Positions 1 to 11,704 of a stretch of 64,000 nt of DNA are shown here, piece after piece; positions within the stretch are counted from its first letter, which is position 1, and each line of letters opens with the position of its first letter. The stretch covers positions 1 through 64,000 of the forward strand of contig JBNGIO010006030.1 of the NCBI GenBank assembly GCA_049999805.1, given 5' to 3'. Made by a program: the position numbers and the translations under genes. A model generated the notes under the pieces. That model did not search any database, was not told where the DNA came from, and saw only the letters and a program-made list of their open reading frames with translations. This DNA comes from Folioceros fuciformis. Its lineage: Eukaryota.

Positions 1-891
1 GATCCTGCTGGAGGGACGTACTAGATTCTTCATGGCGCCTTGAGGATGTCCTGCAAGGTGAGGAATTGGGCTGGAAATCAGTGGAAAAACCAGAACGCCT
101 GAATCTTTCCTGCAATCTCCTGTTTTGTCGATTGTGGTGACTTGGAGATTGAGCGGGTCCAAATTCTCAATGATTATGGACCACATCAGGCTGGGGAGTT
201 CACCCACGGTTATCCAAAGCTTGGATTAAAGCATCTAGGAAGTTGTCGCCCAAGGATTGAAAGTGGCGAGGTGCAAACTACCATCCGAATCCACGTGAAT
301 TCCTTCGTTGAAGCGATCGCCCTTGAGAACGCTCCACTTCGTCACCATAGTGCCGAGAATAAGCAGCGATGCGACGATTTCTTGCCATGTTGGTGTGTCG
401 AAGCAAGTGTTGAAGTGGTTGCTTGATTAGGAGAAAAGCTTACAAAAGCAATGTGTAAGAAGGAGCAAGGCTGAATGCCTTCCCTTAAACACAAAGCCAT
501 GCTTTTAAACCTATGTAGAGAACCCTATCAAATCTCCTTTTCCCTTTTTTTTTGAAGATAAAAATAGAAAAATACTTTTCTATTTTTTTCATTTCTTCAA
601 AAAAGGAAAAATTGTAGGACACTAAGAATAATCCTATAAAGATAGTGAGACTAGATTTAGTGTATGGCTTGGGTGAGCCCAGCTACACTGTTGTATGAAA
701 GCGACAACAAAGATATTGTTGTGTCTTCCAGTGGTGGTCTTGTCATTCCAATGATTGCTAACGAGAACGACATATCTAATGCTTCTATCCATAAGCGAGC
801 AGATAGAGCTTCATGCGTCCATTGATCACCTAGATAGTGATACATACGTAATCTAGCTATTGGACCTAGAGACCATGGTAAGAGCCCTGTG

Positions 892-1068
892 GCTCTGATA
901 CCAAGTTAGAATTGAATGCGGAAGCGTCTTAAACAAAGATGCTATATTAACAAATTGAATTAAGTGTGTTCATAGGTGGGCTTTTATAGGTGGTCTTCCA
1001 AAGGGGTGTGTCCTTTTGCTAGCCTAGCTAACTACCTATATTAACTGCTAAGTCTAGCTGACTAACCA
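892..1068 (-). mobile_element. Primer-binding site (tRNA-iMet) and putative short LTR of an LTR retrotransposon running leftwards
   Basis: Minus strand TGGTATCAGAGC at 903-892 is the canonical iMet PBS. It is preceded by ~165 bp bounded by GTTAG...CTAAC inverted ends and containing TATAAAAG. LTR limits are approximate and the termini are not perfect TG..CA. Confidence 0.6.
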
Positions 1069-1475
1069 TATTGGTACAAAACCAACGTGGTTTGCTATTA
1101 TTTCTAACTGTTTTATCAATCCTTCCAGCTTGACCCAGCTGCTGCCTCCTTTTATGCACAGATCGTTGGAATCATTAGGAATGTGCAGAGGTTTCAAGCA
1201 GGAGAATACATGGGCTTCGAGAGCCTCTGCACAACATAGTAGCCATTGAACGATGTCGGAAGCTATTCGCACGTTGTATATTTCTTCATTGTTATTGCCT
1301 ACTGCAAATTTTTGGGAAGCCTGGAATAGTTTTCCTCTCACCCATCCTCCCAGGGTGCTATGCACCTTTCTGCCCTTGAGCTCATCCCGTCAGAGGGATC
1401 TCCAGAGTGGAAATCTACAACCATGAGATTGCATAATCCACTGATTTTGAACACTTGAGGAACAAAGGTGTTGAT

Positions 1476-2335
1476 CTAGCGACCATAGAGCTTTGCAGAG
1501 ACCGTAACAGATACAGTGGTCATAGGTCCACAATATACAGTGGGCATAGGTCCACAGACGTCATTGTGAACCAATTCAAGAGGTTTACTTTTGTGTTTAC
1601 CTCTTACTCCATGTGGTGACTTCGTTTGTTTCCCATACAAACAGCGGTCACACACACAGAAATCGGAGAAGTCAAAAGCAGGGACGTAACCGAAACGAGA
1701 TAGTATCTTCATTCCTTTTTGAGACATATGTCCTAACCAACTATGCCACAAGAAAACATTTGGCTATTCCGTTACACAAATCACATGATCCTTGACAGTG
1801 GTTACCTGAAGTGAGTACAAAGTGCCACACTTCGATCCACGAGCTAACACAAGAGAACCTTTGGAGATCTTCCAAGAACGATCTCCAAACCAACAGTGGT
1901 AGCCAACGTCATCCAACTGCCCTACGCTAATCATGCTTTTGGTCAACTTCAGAACATGCCTAACATCCTTCAGTACGAATGAAGATCCATTGTCGAACTT
2001 CAGCTGCACATCACCAACGCCTGCAATCTCGCATGCGTAGTTATTTCCAAGCCGAACACATCCTTTCCTAGTAGCATCATAAGTGCTAAACCACTCCCTA
2101 TGTAGAGTAACATGGAAAGATGCTCCAGAGTCAATTATCCAATTAGAGAATAAGTGACTCTCCATGGCTGTCAGTTGTGCAGAATTGAAGGAAGAAGAGG
2201 TAAGAACATCTCCATCATTAACAGAGTTCACCTCGTCATGCTTGACACTGGGACTTTCCTTGTTGTCGCTCTGCTTCTTCTCCTTGCCTTTGTCCTTCTT
2301 GAACTTCTCGCAGTCCCTTCTAATGTGACCCTTTT
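1476..2335 (-). mobile_element. Degenerate Ty1/copia gag-pol fragment (partial zinc knuckle, aspartic protease, GAG-pre-integrase, start of integrase)
   Basis: Motifs KGHIRRDC, WIIDSGASFHVT, LKDVRHV, LWHSWLGHMSQKGM, CDRCLYGKQ and LELVHNDVCGPM occur in copia order. In-frame TAG at 1764-1766. Integrase is truncated near 1530; no RT/RNaseH seen. Confidence 0.9.
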
Positions 2336-5197
2336 GAGGGGAGATGCTATGTCGGGGCTGCCATCGATCCACAATGTCACAATCGTCGTCTCCCATAGCC
2401 GGAGTGCCCCCCATGTGTGGGGAGGACACTACAGACCCCCCACTATGCGTGGTGTGGTCGACTAAGCCACACTCCATGGACCCTGTACGCTCGGAGTCGT
2501 CTTGCAAGCAATCACCACCCTCTGTGTTTGCCATACCCTCCACCAATCCAGCAACATCGACAACCCCTGCCTTTGCTCGATACACTCTGACCATGTGTTC
2601 CATCATCTGCACGGCTGGATCCCATACATAAAGCAGCATAGTCTGAGTCTGGTGAGAGCTCTGCGACGTTGTACTGCCCGGTGGGAAGATCAGTGGGTCG
2701 TCGGTGAGCAATGCCGTAGGCGAGCCCCACTGGAATCGCTCAACGAAGCACCCTGGCCCCAGGCTACTCCTATCCAGGTGAAAGAGATGGGCGACAACAT
2801 TCAATATCTCCGCGGCCATAATACGAGGCTCAAAGTCTGACCCATTGTACGTTGCACCTACACGCATCGATGACGGCACATGTAGCTCCACCACAGTGCA
2901 GTCGGAGGATGTTATTTTCCTGGCTTGCATGGGCACGCCCCCATCAAGTGGCTCAATCGAGAATTCTGGGAAGTCGGGGTTCAGAGGAACCATTATCTTC
3001 AGCTTCTTGATGTGCACGCGCACAAGCGGGCTTCTTGCAACCATCGCTCGTTGCCTCCTCCTAGGTGATGGGGTGCCAGTGATGTGATTTCGTCGCAGCG
3101 TCATGGGTATGTTGCCGGCCGCTGCTCTCATGGTGTCCTCCGATGGTGGACGCGGTGAAATCTGTGGAGTGTGTGCGGGCGAGCGGGGCACTCCCCGTGC
3201 TACCACCATGGATGCACTCCCAGTAGCTGGTAGGCGTCCTCGCGGTTTCAGCCAACTCTGACATATTGTGCTCACACTCGACACTTGGAGCACTACAGGT
3301 CCATCAAGAGTGTAGCAGACCGTGCTACGAGCAGATGGTGCCGGGGTCACGGGTTTTGCCGCCGGTGTGGTAAGCTGTGGCTTTCGGGATGCCTAACGTT
3401 CGCGATTGGTCAGTGGGTCACCCTGGAACACATTGTCCTCATCTTTCTCCTCCATTCTCCAATCAGCAAGGATGGAGTCACCATTGTCGACGACAACATT
3501 CAGACGCCGTTGGCGCTCTGGCCTCCCTTCCACGGACATTTTGATGTCGATAGCGGCTGCACTTCTCTCTCCCCGGGTGCCGTGTCGCAGAGGGAACACG
3601 ATTTGTTCGCAGATGTAGCGGTTTGTGGATATGGAGTGCGTTCAGTTGCTGGGCGGGAGGGTGTGAGCATGCCCCACCCTCTCTCCATACGCCCATCGCG
3701 TACGGAGAGCATGGGTTCACTACATGGGATATCTGCATGCGCCTACCAGCCGCGCTAAACAATATGGGGTTCAGCAACCCTTAATACTGCCATTAAGAAG
3801 TCGGCGCTAAACGCAGATGTTTAAATCCCCTCCCTCATCAACTAAGGATGCCAGCCATTCTGCCGCGACACTTCACACTGAAAGTTGCCTGTCACACCAA
3901 GCTCGGGGTTTAGTGCCAAATGATTACTTGTAGATGGTAGCATATAATATCACTGCCACCCATAAGAGAGTGTGTCCCCGTCCACCCGAAGGCACTCCCA
4001 ACCCCGATCATACGGGTACTTGGGTATAGGGTGTGGGTTTGTGTTCGGTACCCACGTTTGCTGGAAATATCGCGGCCGCCATTCTGGATTATCAGTATAC
4101 AACTATTTAAACACGTACCATGGCGCGGCAATGGGTGACATATATAGAGGTCAAATAGGACATAATATATGTTGTTCCTCAAAAGTAATTCCAAAAAACT
4201 ATGATATGACATTCATGCATTTTGTAGTGTGTTATCTTTCTCTTTTACAATTGTATACACCCAAAAACAAAACACCATCACTTCATGAATTCAAACAACC
4301 ATGAAATATAACCCTAAACCCTAAAAACCCTAGGAGTCTGCATAGAAGGTGATAGTTTGCGAGAGGCTTAGTCACGGCGATGGGGAACCATGTGCGCTTC
4401 CAGATAGAGAAAGCCTTAGAGCGAGCAATACGGGCGGCGTTGAACTATGAGGAGTCCAACACGAGTGGTAGAAAGAAGTCAGGAAAGGAGGAGAGGTGAA
4501 TTCGTGATGGGAAGAAGTAGGAACAGAGGAGAAATAAGATAAAAGCATTCCTCGACATCGGAGGATGACTCGACTAAACCCTAAACCCTAACCTGCTATG
4601 GAGTGCCGGAGGACTGTGCAGTTGGCATTTGTAGCAAGCAAACCAAACACATATGCTTGACAGGCCTCAATTCTCACCAGGGCTATGCCGGCAACCCCCG
4701 TCGTGCCTCGGCCCGCTCTTATGCACTCCCTCTGAACACCTATAGAAGACATATTCGCACATTTGTAGAAGAAGAGGGGCAGAAGGCAAGAGTCACGCAT
4801 AGCATGCCCAAGAGTGCCCCTTTGTAAGCCACATGTGAGCTAAATAGGTCAAGATCTGTGGAGGACTTGAATGCATATGCCGGATTATAGGTTGACGGCC
4901 AATTCACAGCGAATTTCGATCAGAAATTGGCCAACATACGAAATCGATCAGCAATACAAGCAGGCCATCGCCGCGCACCCCTTGAAATGAAGAGTGTGTC
5001 CTTGGTTTGGGACAACGACACAATCCATGTCCCATTTGGTGCAGGACCGATTTCATACGTTTGCCAATGGGGAAATGTAGAGCTTGGGGTTGAAAAGTGA
5101 GTTTTCTTCAAGATATCCCAAAAAAAAAAAAAACATAGTTGCAATTATAGAGTGTCTACTTTAGCATTGCATACATGAATGTAGTGCAATACCCTAA

Positions 5198-5956
5198 ACC
5201 AAAGTGGTCACTCTCTCACTATACATTTTTTCAGGGTTTCCCATGGGGTATTTAGCCAAAAATTCCCTTTTGATGCCTATATTTTTCATGTCCCTATTGG
5301 TAAACCAGCCAAACCGGCCGCTGCACCAAAGGGGACATCGCTCAACGATTACAGCCCGTTTTGGGCTGGATGCCAAGCGGCCTCAGGGCAGAAAGCCCAA
5401 TCACCCCCTGTAACCATAGGTGGGGGGCGTGCTCTTGCTTGGGCAAGACATGCTTGCGAAGTGCAAGCATGTCCGGTTTGGTTTTGGGTTTAGGGTTGCA
5501 GTTACACGCCAAAGCGAACGCATAACCTATGTGTTTGGAAAAAAACCTAGAGAGAGGGGGCGTGTCCCCTTTGGTATGCCATATGGATCTTCCCAAAATA
5601 TTCTCTTTTTATGGTTTACCACAGAGCGGCACGAAATTGGTATGCCATATCAAAGGGGACACGCTCCCTCTCTCTAGGTTTTTTTACAAACACACAGGCT
5701 ATGCGTCTGCATAACCCGCAAGAGCGCGCCCCCACCTATGGTTACAGGAAGTGTTTGGGCTTTTTGCCCTGAGGCCGCCCGGCATCCAGCCCAAAAGGGG
5801 TGTAACCGTTGAGCCATGTCCCCTTTGGTGCGGCGGCCAGTTTGGCTAGTTTACCAATAGGGATAGGAAAAATATAGGCATCTAAAGGGAATTTTCGGCT
5901 AGATACCCCATGGGAAACCCTGAAAAAATGAATAGTGAGAGAGTGTCCCCTTTGGT
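5198..5956. repeat. Long imperfect inverted repeat (foldback/MITE-like element)
   Basis: 5198-5441 is the reverse complement of ~5719-5956. Inner arms ~5515-5575 pair with ~5651-5712. Confidence 0.85.
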
Positions 5957-6339
5957 ATGCCATAAACTGGATCTATACAAGATATTCCCGTTTTGGAGGG
6001 CATTAGTATGGCACGGGGCTCAGGGTTTAGAGTTTACCGTTTAGGGGTTAGGGCTCAGGGTATAAGGGTTTTTTGTCGATCCGAGGAAACGTCTTTGAGG
6101 TGGCCTCCACACAATTTGTTGCAAATGCATTTGCTAATTGTCTAGTTTGGTGCTGGCCCTCAAACTCGCGTACGCGCTAAAGTGGATGCATAACCCGTGC
6201 GATGGTTAATGAACCTAGAGAGAGGGCACGCATCTCCTTTGGCGCATGATAAGGTAGGGAGCGGTGGTAAAGAAGCAAGATTTACATTCTGCAGATGCGC
6301 ATGTCGTCTCTCATTGAGGATGACTACAAATGTGAATGA

Positions 6340-8150
6340 GGTCACGAGTACTGCTCAACCTCAATTGTCCATGGCCAAGGACCATAGCTGATTAGAAGTT
6401 CTTGAGTGTGCATAAATTGTTGGAATGCAATGAGAGCGAGGGGGGCTGAAGGGAGGGTGATGGGCGGTGACAATGAGGCATGGCCATGTATCCACCGAAC
6501 ACACTACATAGTTTAGTAATTTAAGAATGAACTAGGTGATTCCATGCAAGGGGGTGAAGGGAATGTGTATTTATACGAGTTTTCATTTCATTCATAGGGT
6601 ACACGTGCATTGGAAAGACTAGGGTGCGACGTGGGAACTTGAAAATGGGCAATGGCCAATGCCTGCAAAGGATAACAAGATCGCGATGTTGGATGAATAA
6701 AAAACGGCAATGGCCAAGGACTACAATGTACTATGAGTTTGAGACCTAAACCCTAAAAAGGGGGGGAATGCCAATGTCCACAACAGACTACTCGGATACG
6801 AGTTCATATGATTAACACACGTCGATGGCCAAGGAATACATTTGTGTATGAGGTCGCGATTCTGGATCAATCAGACCCGTTGATGGGCATAGACAACAGG
6901 GTCCCACAAGTTCTGAAGATGAGATCCAACAAAATTGAAGATGACCAAGGACTAGAGATGACAACAATATGTTCACAAGTTTGGAGCACTGCAAATTGTT
7001 GATTGCCAAGGACAACAATGTGCTAAAAGTTCTGCAGGTTGGAATAATGAACATGGTCGATGGCCTATGGGTACAATGGGCAACAAGTTTGCATTGTCTT
7101 ATCAATCATGAACGTCGATGGCCAAGGCCTACAATTGTGTATAAGGTCACGAGTTTGGATCAATCTTAAGTTTCGATGGCCAAGGACTATAGTGAAATAT
7201 AAGTTCGCGAGTGTATTTCATTTGCTGCAATGCAATGAGAGTGAGTAGGGCTGAGGGGAGGGTGCTGGGCCAGGACAACAGGGCATAGCCATGAATCCAC
7301 CAGACAAACTATATAATTTAGTTGTTTGTGAATGAACTGGGGCACCCTAAACCCAAAGGGATCAAAGGAATGTGTAATGTGTTCAAGTTTTCGCTTCATT
7401 CCTAGTGTAAAGTGCATGCGATAGAGCAGGGTGTGACTAGAGGACCCGCAAAAGGGCGATGGCCATTGTATTCAAGGACGACCAAGTTTGCGCTGTTGGA
7501 TAAAGCAATTGCGTCAAAGGCCAACGACTCCAATGTACTGTGAGTTTGAGAGTTAGGACCATAAAAAAGGGGGTGATACTAAGCATCCACAACGGTGAAG
7601 AATGATGCAAATTGATATGAATATCAAACGTCAATGGCCAAGGACAACATTTGTGTATAAGGTCGCGAGTTTGGATCAATGAGAGGTGTCGATGGGCAAG
7701 GACTACAGTTCACTACAAGTTCTATAGACGGGATGAATGAAGGTTGAAGATGGCCAAGGACTACAGATGACAACATGTTCACGAGTGTGGAGCACTGCAA
7801 ATTGTTTATTGTGAATGACATCATTGGACGATAAGTTCAAGAGTTTGGATTAATGCACCTGGACGATGGCCTATAGGTACAATGGATCTGAAGTTCGCAC
7901 GGTCCTATTAATGAAGATCGTCGATGGCCAAGGACTACAGTTGTCTAGGTCACGAATGTGGATGAATCTCAATTGTCGATAGCAAAGGACTGTAGCTGAA
8001 TATAAGTTTGCGAGTGTATACCATTTGTTGGAAGCAACCCATTTGTATACACACTACACCAAGGCATTCTTGCAAGGACCACAGATAAAGCTATGCTATA
8101 TTGATGGCCCAGCAAGGACTATAGATGTCATGTCACATCCGAGAACACTT
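6340..8150. repeat. Degenerate tandem duplication (~808-bp period) built from ~60-bp subunits carrying GATGGCCAAGGACTACA
   Basis: Matching blocks at 6421/7226, 6820/7630 and 6960/7769. The motif recurs near 6370, 6710, 6824, 7117, 7175, 7634, 7749 and 7924. Confidence 0.8.
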
Positions 8151-8489
8151 GAAACAAGGAACCTATATATGGTGTTGTGCACATATGTATATATATTGGG
8201 AAATAAATGAGAATATTGTTTTAAGGGTGTAGTGGAGGTTGAGAAGGGCACAATTCACGGTGTTTTGAATCAGTAGTGTGTAGTGAAGAGATGTGATGGA
8301 CATGGGGCGGGGATGGGGGTTGGAGAGGTAGCAAGCCATGCATTTTACGCCACGTGAGGGTAGACGGAGCCGCCACCGAGGCGTGAAGGACAACTGTATG
8401 CCATTATTCAATGACATACTGTAGTATACAAAAAGTTAAGCCCCACCACAGGAGAAGGCGTGTGAAGCTGAAGGGTGTGGGTGGTCAAG

Positions 8490-8673
8490 AGCTGCGGGCA
8501 AGGACATGTTTCCACTCAACAGCTGCGGGCAAGGACATGTTTCCGCTCAACAGCTGCGGGCAAGAACATGTTTCCGCTCAACAGCTGCGGGCAAGGACAT
8601 GTTTCCGCTCAACAACTACGGGCAAGAACATGTTTCTGCTCAACAGTTGCGGGCAAGGACATGTTTCCGCTCA
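8490..8673. repeat. 31-bp minisatellite x6 (AGCTGCGGGCAAGGACATGTTTCCGCTCAAC)
   Basis: Head-to-tail units start at 8490, 8521, 8552, 8583, 8614 and 8645, with no spacers. Confidence 0.95.
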
Positions 8674-9214
8674 GTATCACGTCCTTCACCATGAATGCAG
8701 TGCGTGATGGAAACACAAGCACGTGGATAAACTTGAGAACGCAATCTACGTGCGGGGTAGAGGAGTGTCCGTGTCAATGAGGATGCCCCAAGGGGCAACT
8801 CTTTGGCAGTGGTCATGGTCGTTGTGCATGTTCGTCGTCGATGGTAGGGGACGATTTAGCTCTGCATGATTTTTCTGGTAGGATGATTGTTAGGAATTAA
8901 GCCTTACTCGCTTAGGGTTAATTATGGGATTATTTATATTTAGGTTTTATTATCTAAGGGTCATCTAGTGAAGAGGCACCTAGGCATATATAGACATACT
9001 TTAAACACTCTTTGTAATTATTCTTATCAATTGTCTTATGTTCTTTTCTCTCCTGCTCTTCTTTTCTGGCCATGTCATATTGTCATGTCCAATAATCATC
9101 AATGATACCGCTAAGCTTTCTCAACAATCTAATGCTCTAATGTTTTTTTTGTCTGGGGTGCAGCGGCAAGAAGCTCAGTTTTCCTCGGATTTGGTCATGC
9201 CTGGCAGCCCGCAG
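8673..9214 (+). repeat. Local duplication of 13858-14185 (intron plus first 17 codons of an exon), interrupted by a solo LTR
   Basis: Near-identical sequence from AGTATCAC to GCAGCCCGCAG in both places, including the acceptor GGGGTGCAG|CGGCAAG. Confidence 0.95.
8888..9101. mobile_element. Solo LTR (214 bp) with 5-bp target-site duplication ATGAT
   Basis: TGTTAG...ATCA termini, with ATGAT at 8883-8887 and 9102-9106. The paralogous segment has a single ATGAT at 14072-14076 (empty site). A TATA-like TATATA lies inside. Confidence 0.85.
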
Positions 9215-9892
9215 GAACATATGCAGCGACATATCGGCATGGATGAGGAGGGAGCCCAATGTATTGCAAATGCTCTTCCGCTCTGTGCCTCGCTCCGGAA
9301 GCTTGCCTTGGATGATGAATATCCAAGTGGGCGTAATGCAGTTAGGGGTTCCATACAGAGCAGCCTGGGGCCCATGAGCAATGTGTTGAAACTGGCTTTC
9401 ACTCGTGCTGATGCTAAGGCTGATGCCCCCATATCTGGGGTCACCAAGGTGACGTGGGGTATTGGGAACAGAGAGGAGCCAAGCCTGGCCGACGCGCTGG
9501 CTGGAATGTTGCACACCAACGATTGTATCACGGACCTTACGATCAGCTGTTTTGTTGTCAAGTTTGGCCTGGACGCCTGGCGCCACAACTCCACCCTCTC
9601 CACACTTAAGTTGTTCTACTATTACTTTGACGTGTCGTTAAGTAGATTTTCGATGTCGTTTCTGGAATGCAAATCATTACGCAAGCTGTTTTTGGAACGG
9701 ATTGAGTGGCCCTCTTTCATGGCAGTCTTTGGCGAAAAATACATCTTTGAATGCGTTGTACATTGGGTATTGCTGGGCACTTGACGATAAGCTGTTTAGA
9801 GAGTTGATGTAGTCCCTCCAAGTCAACACCACTTTACAGAAGACGAGACAAACTGTAGGAGAGAGGGAAAGCAGGCCATCATCAACGCGACG

Positions 9893-11314
9893 TTGGCACG
9901 CAATGTTAGTCACAACGCCTACTGGCCTTTGCTTTTGGAGGGGCAAAAGGCTGTGAAGCCTAGGGTCGGCCGCCTTTTCCTGTGCGGTGCACCTTACGCA
10001 GGGAAGACCACTCTTCGAAACACCATGATCACTGCATGGCGCGCATCGCAACCACACACATCACATTCTACAGGAGCCGCATCAGCCAACCAAGTCCAAT
10101 TGCGGGAAGAACTATCTCTCGCTTGGAGACGTCCCCGGTTCGGTAATGTTCCACGCACAGGAGCGGCACCACCTAGCCAGGTAAGTACTGTCCCCAGAAC
10201 GGAAGGCATAGAAATCGAGGTGCTACGCAACGACGACGAGATGGAAGTTACCATTTGGGATCTGGCTGGACAAGCTCACTACCGAGTTCTGCAAGACTAC
10301 TTGTTCCCCAGCTTCAACCAGACATGTGTCTTCTTGTTCACATTCAACCCATTTGATGCCGGCAAGCCTAGTGGACCCCTCCCGTCTACTGAAATGGTGT
10401 TGGAAAAGTTCACAAGCAGCTTCAAGTTCTGGCTGAGATTCATCCACTCTAATTCTCGCAATGTGGGTTCCTGTTGGCCTCAGGTATTTGTGGTTGTCAC
10501 TCATAAGGATCAGATGCAGGCTATGGACGTTGAAACACTAGTCAGACTGCTGCAACAAGTCGTGGACGAGTTGGCCAAGGCTTTTGAGGAGGTACTTCAT
10601 GTTACAACAACCCATCTATTCTTCATGGATGCTCGATCTACGTACACCACGCACCCGGTGCTGGAGGAACTATTCCAATCGTTTCGACAGCTATTTGCAC
10701 TTCCTCTGTTTTGGGTTCCGGAGCCATGCAACCGACTCAGTGTTGTTTTGACACAGTGGGTATCTCAAAATCTAGCTGAGCCTATTGTCACCAAGGAGCG
10801 ATGCAAAGAGTTGTTTCAACAAGATGATGAGCTACGCCTTCAAGCAATTCTTGCCCATCTCCACGATGCAGGCAGAGTCATCTGGTTCCAAGATGTAGAT
10901 GTTGTGGTGGTGAATCCACAATGGATTAGTCATTCATGTCTGGGCCGCCTCATTGAGCGCCTAGCCAGACATCATTCCTTGGGAATATTCAAGGATGGAT
11001 TTGTTGCTACAACTTTGCTGCATGGAACCTTGAACGACATCCTCGACCACACGCAAGTGCAAGGCATTCGTGCTAAATATCTGGTATTATTGATGAAGAG
11101 ACTAAACTTGTGCTACGAAGATCATGCCAATCGCAGGCCAGGATTCTTCGTTCCCTTCACCTTGGATGACGCTGAAGGTAAAGGTCTTCAAGGGAAACGA
11201 CAGTTGGATTGGAAGGGTGGTGCGGCGTCCAAGTACAGTTACGTAGGGAGGCGGCTACAATGCCGAGATGGAAGAAAAACGTTTCTTGGTCCAGGCTGCT
11301 TTGTAAGATTCCAG
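9893..11314 (+). CDS. Roc GTPase-COR exon of the TORNADO1-like gene (open frame)
   Basis: 484-aa ORF with all Roc G-boxes and COR-A/B motifs. It ends at the donor TTCCAG|GTACGT. Confidence 0.85.
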
Positions 11315-11704
11315 GTACGTTGCCTTCTGAGCTGTCTCTTTTGTTAGTCATTTAACCTCTCTTGTGTTTCATGACATGGCCAATGGCTGTGCATTGCAGG
11401 TCAAGTAGTAGATGTAGTTCGATGGGCTCTGCGGTATGCAGTCTCATCAGTATAGCATTGCGCGTAACTTGATCATATTTAACTACGATGGTATGGACGT
11501 GTTTTTGGAGAGCAGTGGGGATATTTGGGACGAGACCGGGGACATTGGGGATCGTGTTGACATTTTGATGAGGTCACTCAAGAGCAAAGAGAAACGATCC
11601 AGTTTCTCCAGCAGAGGGTTGTTGCGGAACTGAGAGCATTTTGTGCCTCTCCTGAAGGTAGTCCTGGAGTTGACCTAGTAGAAGGGATCATCCGGACTGA
11701 GTGT

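Noticed and set aside
1-430. gag of the element downstream of the PBS
   Set aside because: Plausible from position, but the minus-strand frames contain stops and no diagnostic motif.
8490-8673. 31-bp repeats as a CRISPR array (also the 41-bp array at 51200-51485)
   Set aside because: The units are contiguous with no unique spacers, there are no cas genes, and the context is eukaryotic.
9038-9163. N-terminal hydrophobic 'signal peptide' of ORF 9038-9784
   Set aside because: It is read from the solo LTR and the intron polypyrimidine tract; the homologous exon starts at 9164.
9810-11417. U-to-C RNA editing restoring the TAG stops
   Set aside because: Such editing is known for organellar transcripts. 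This locus is nuclear, and it also has frameshifts that editing cannot fix.
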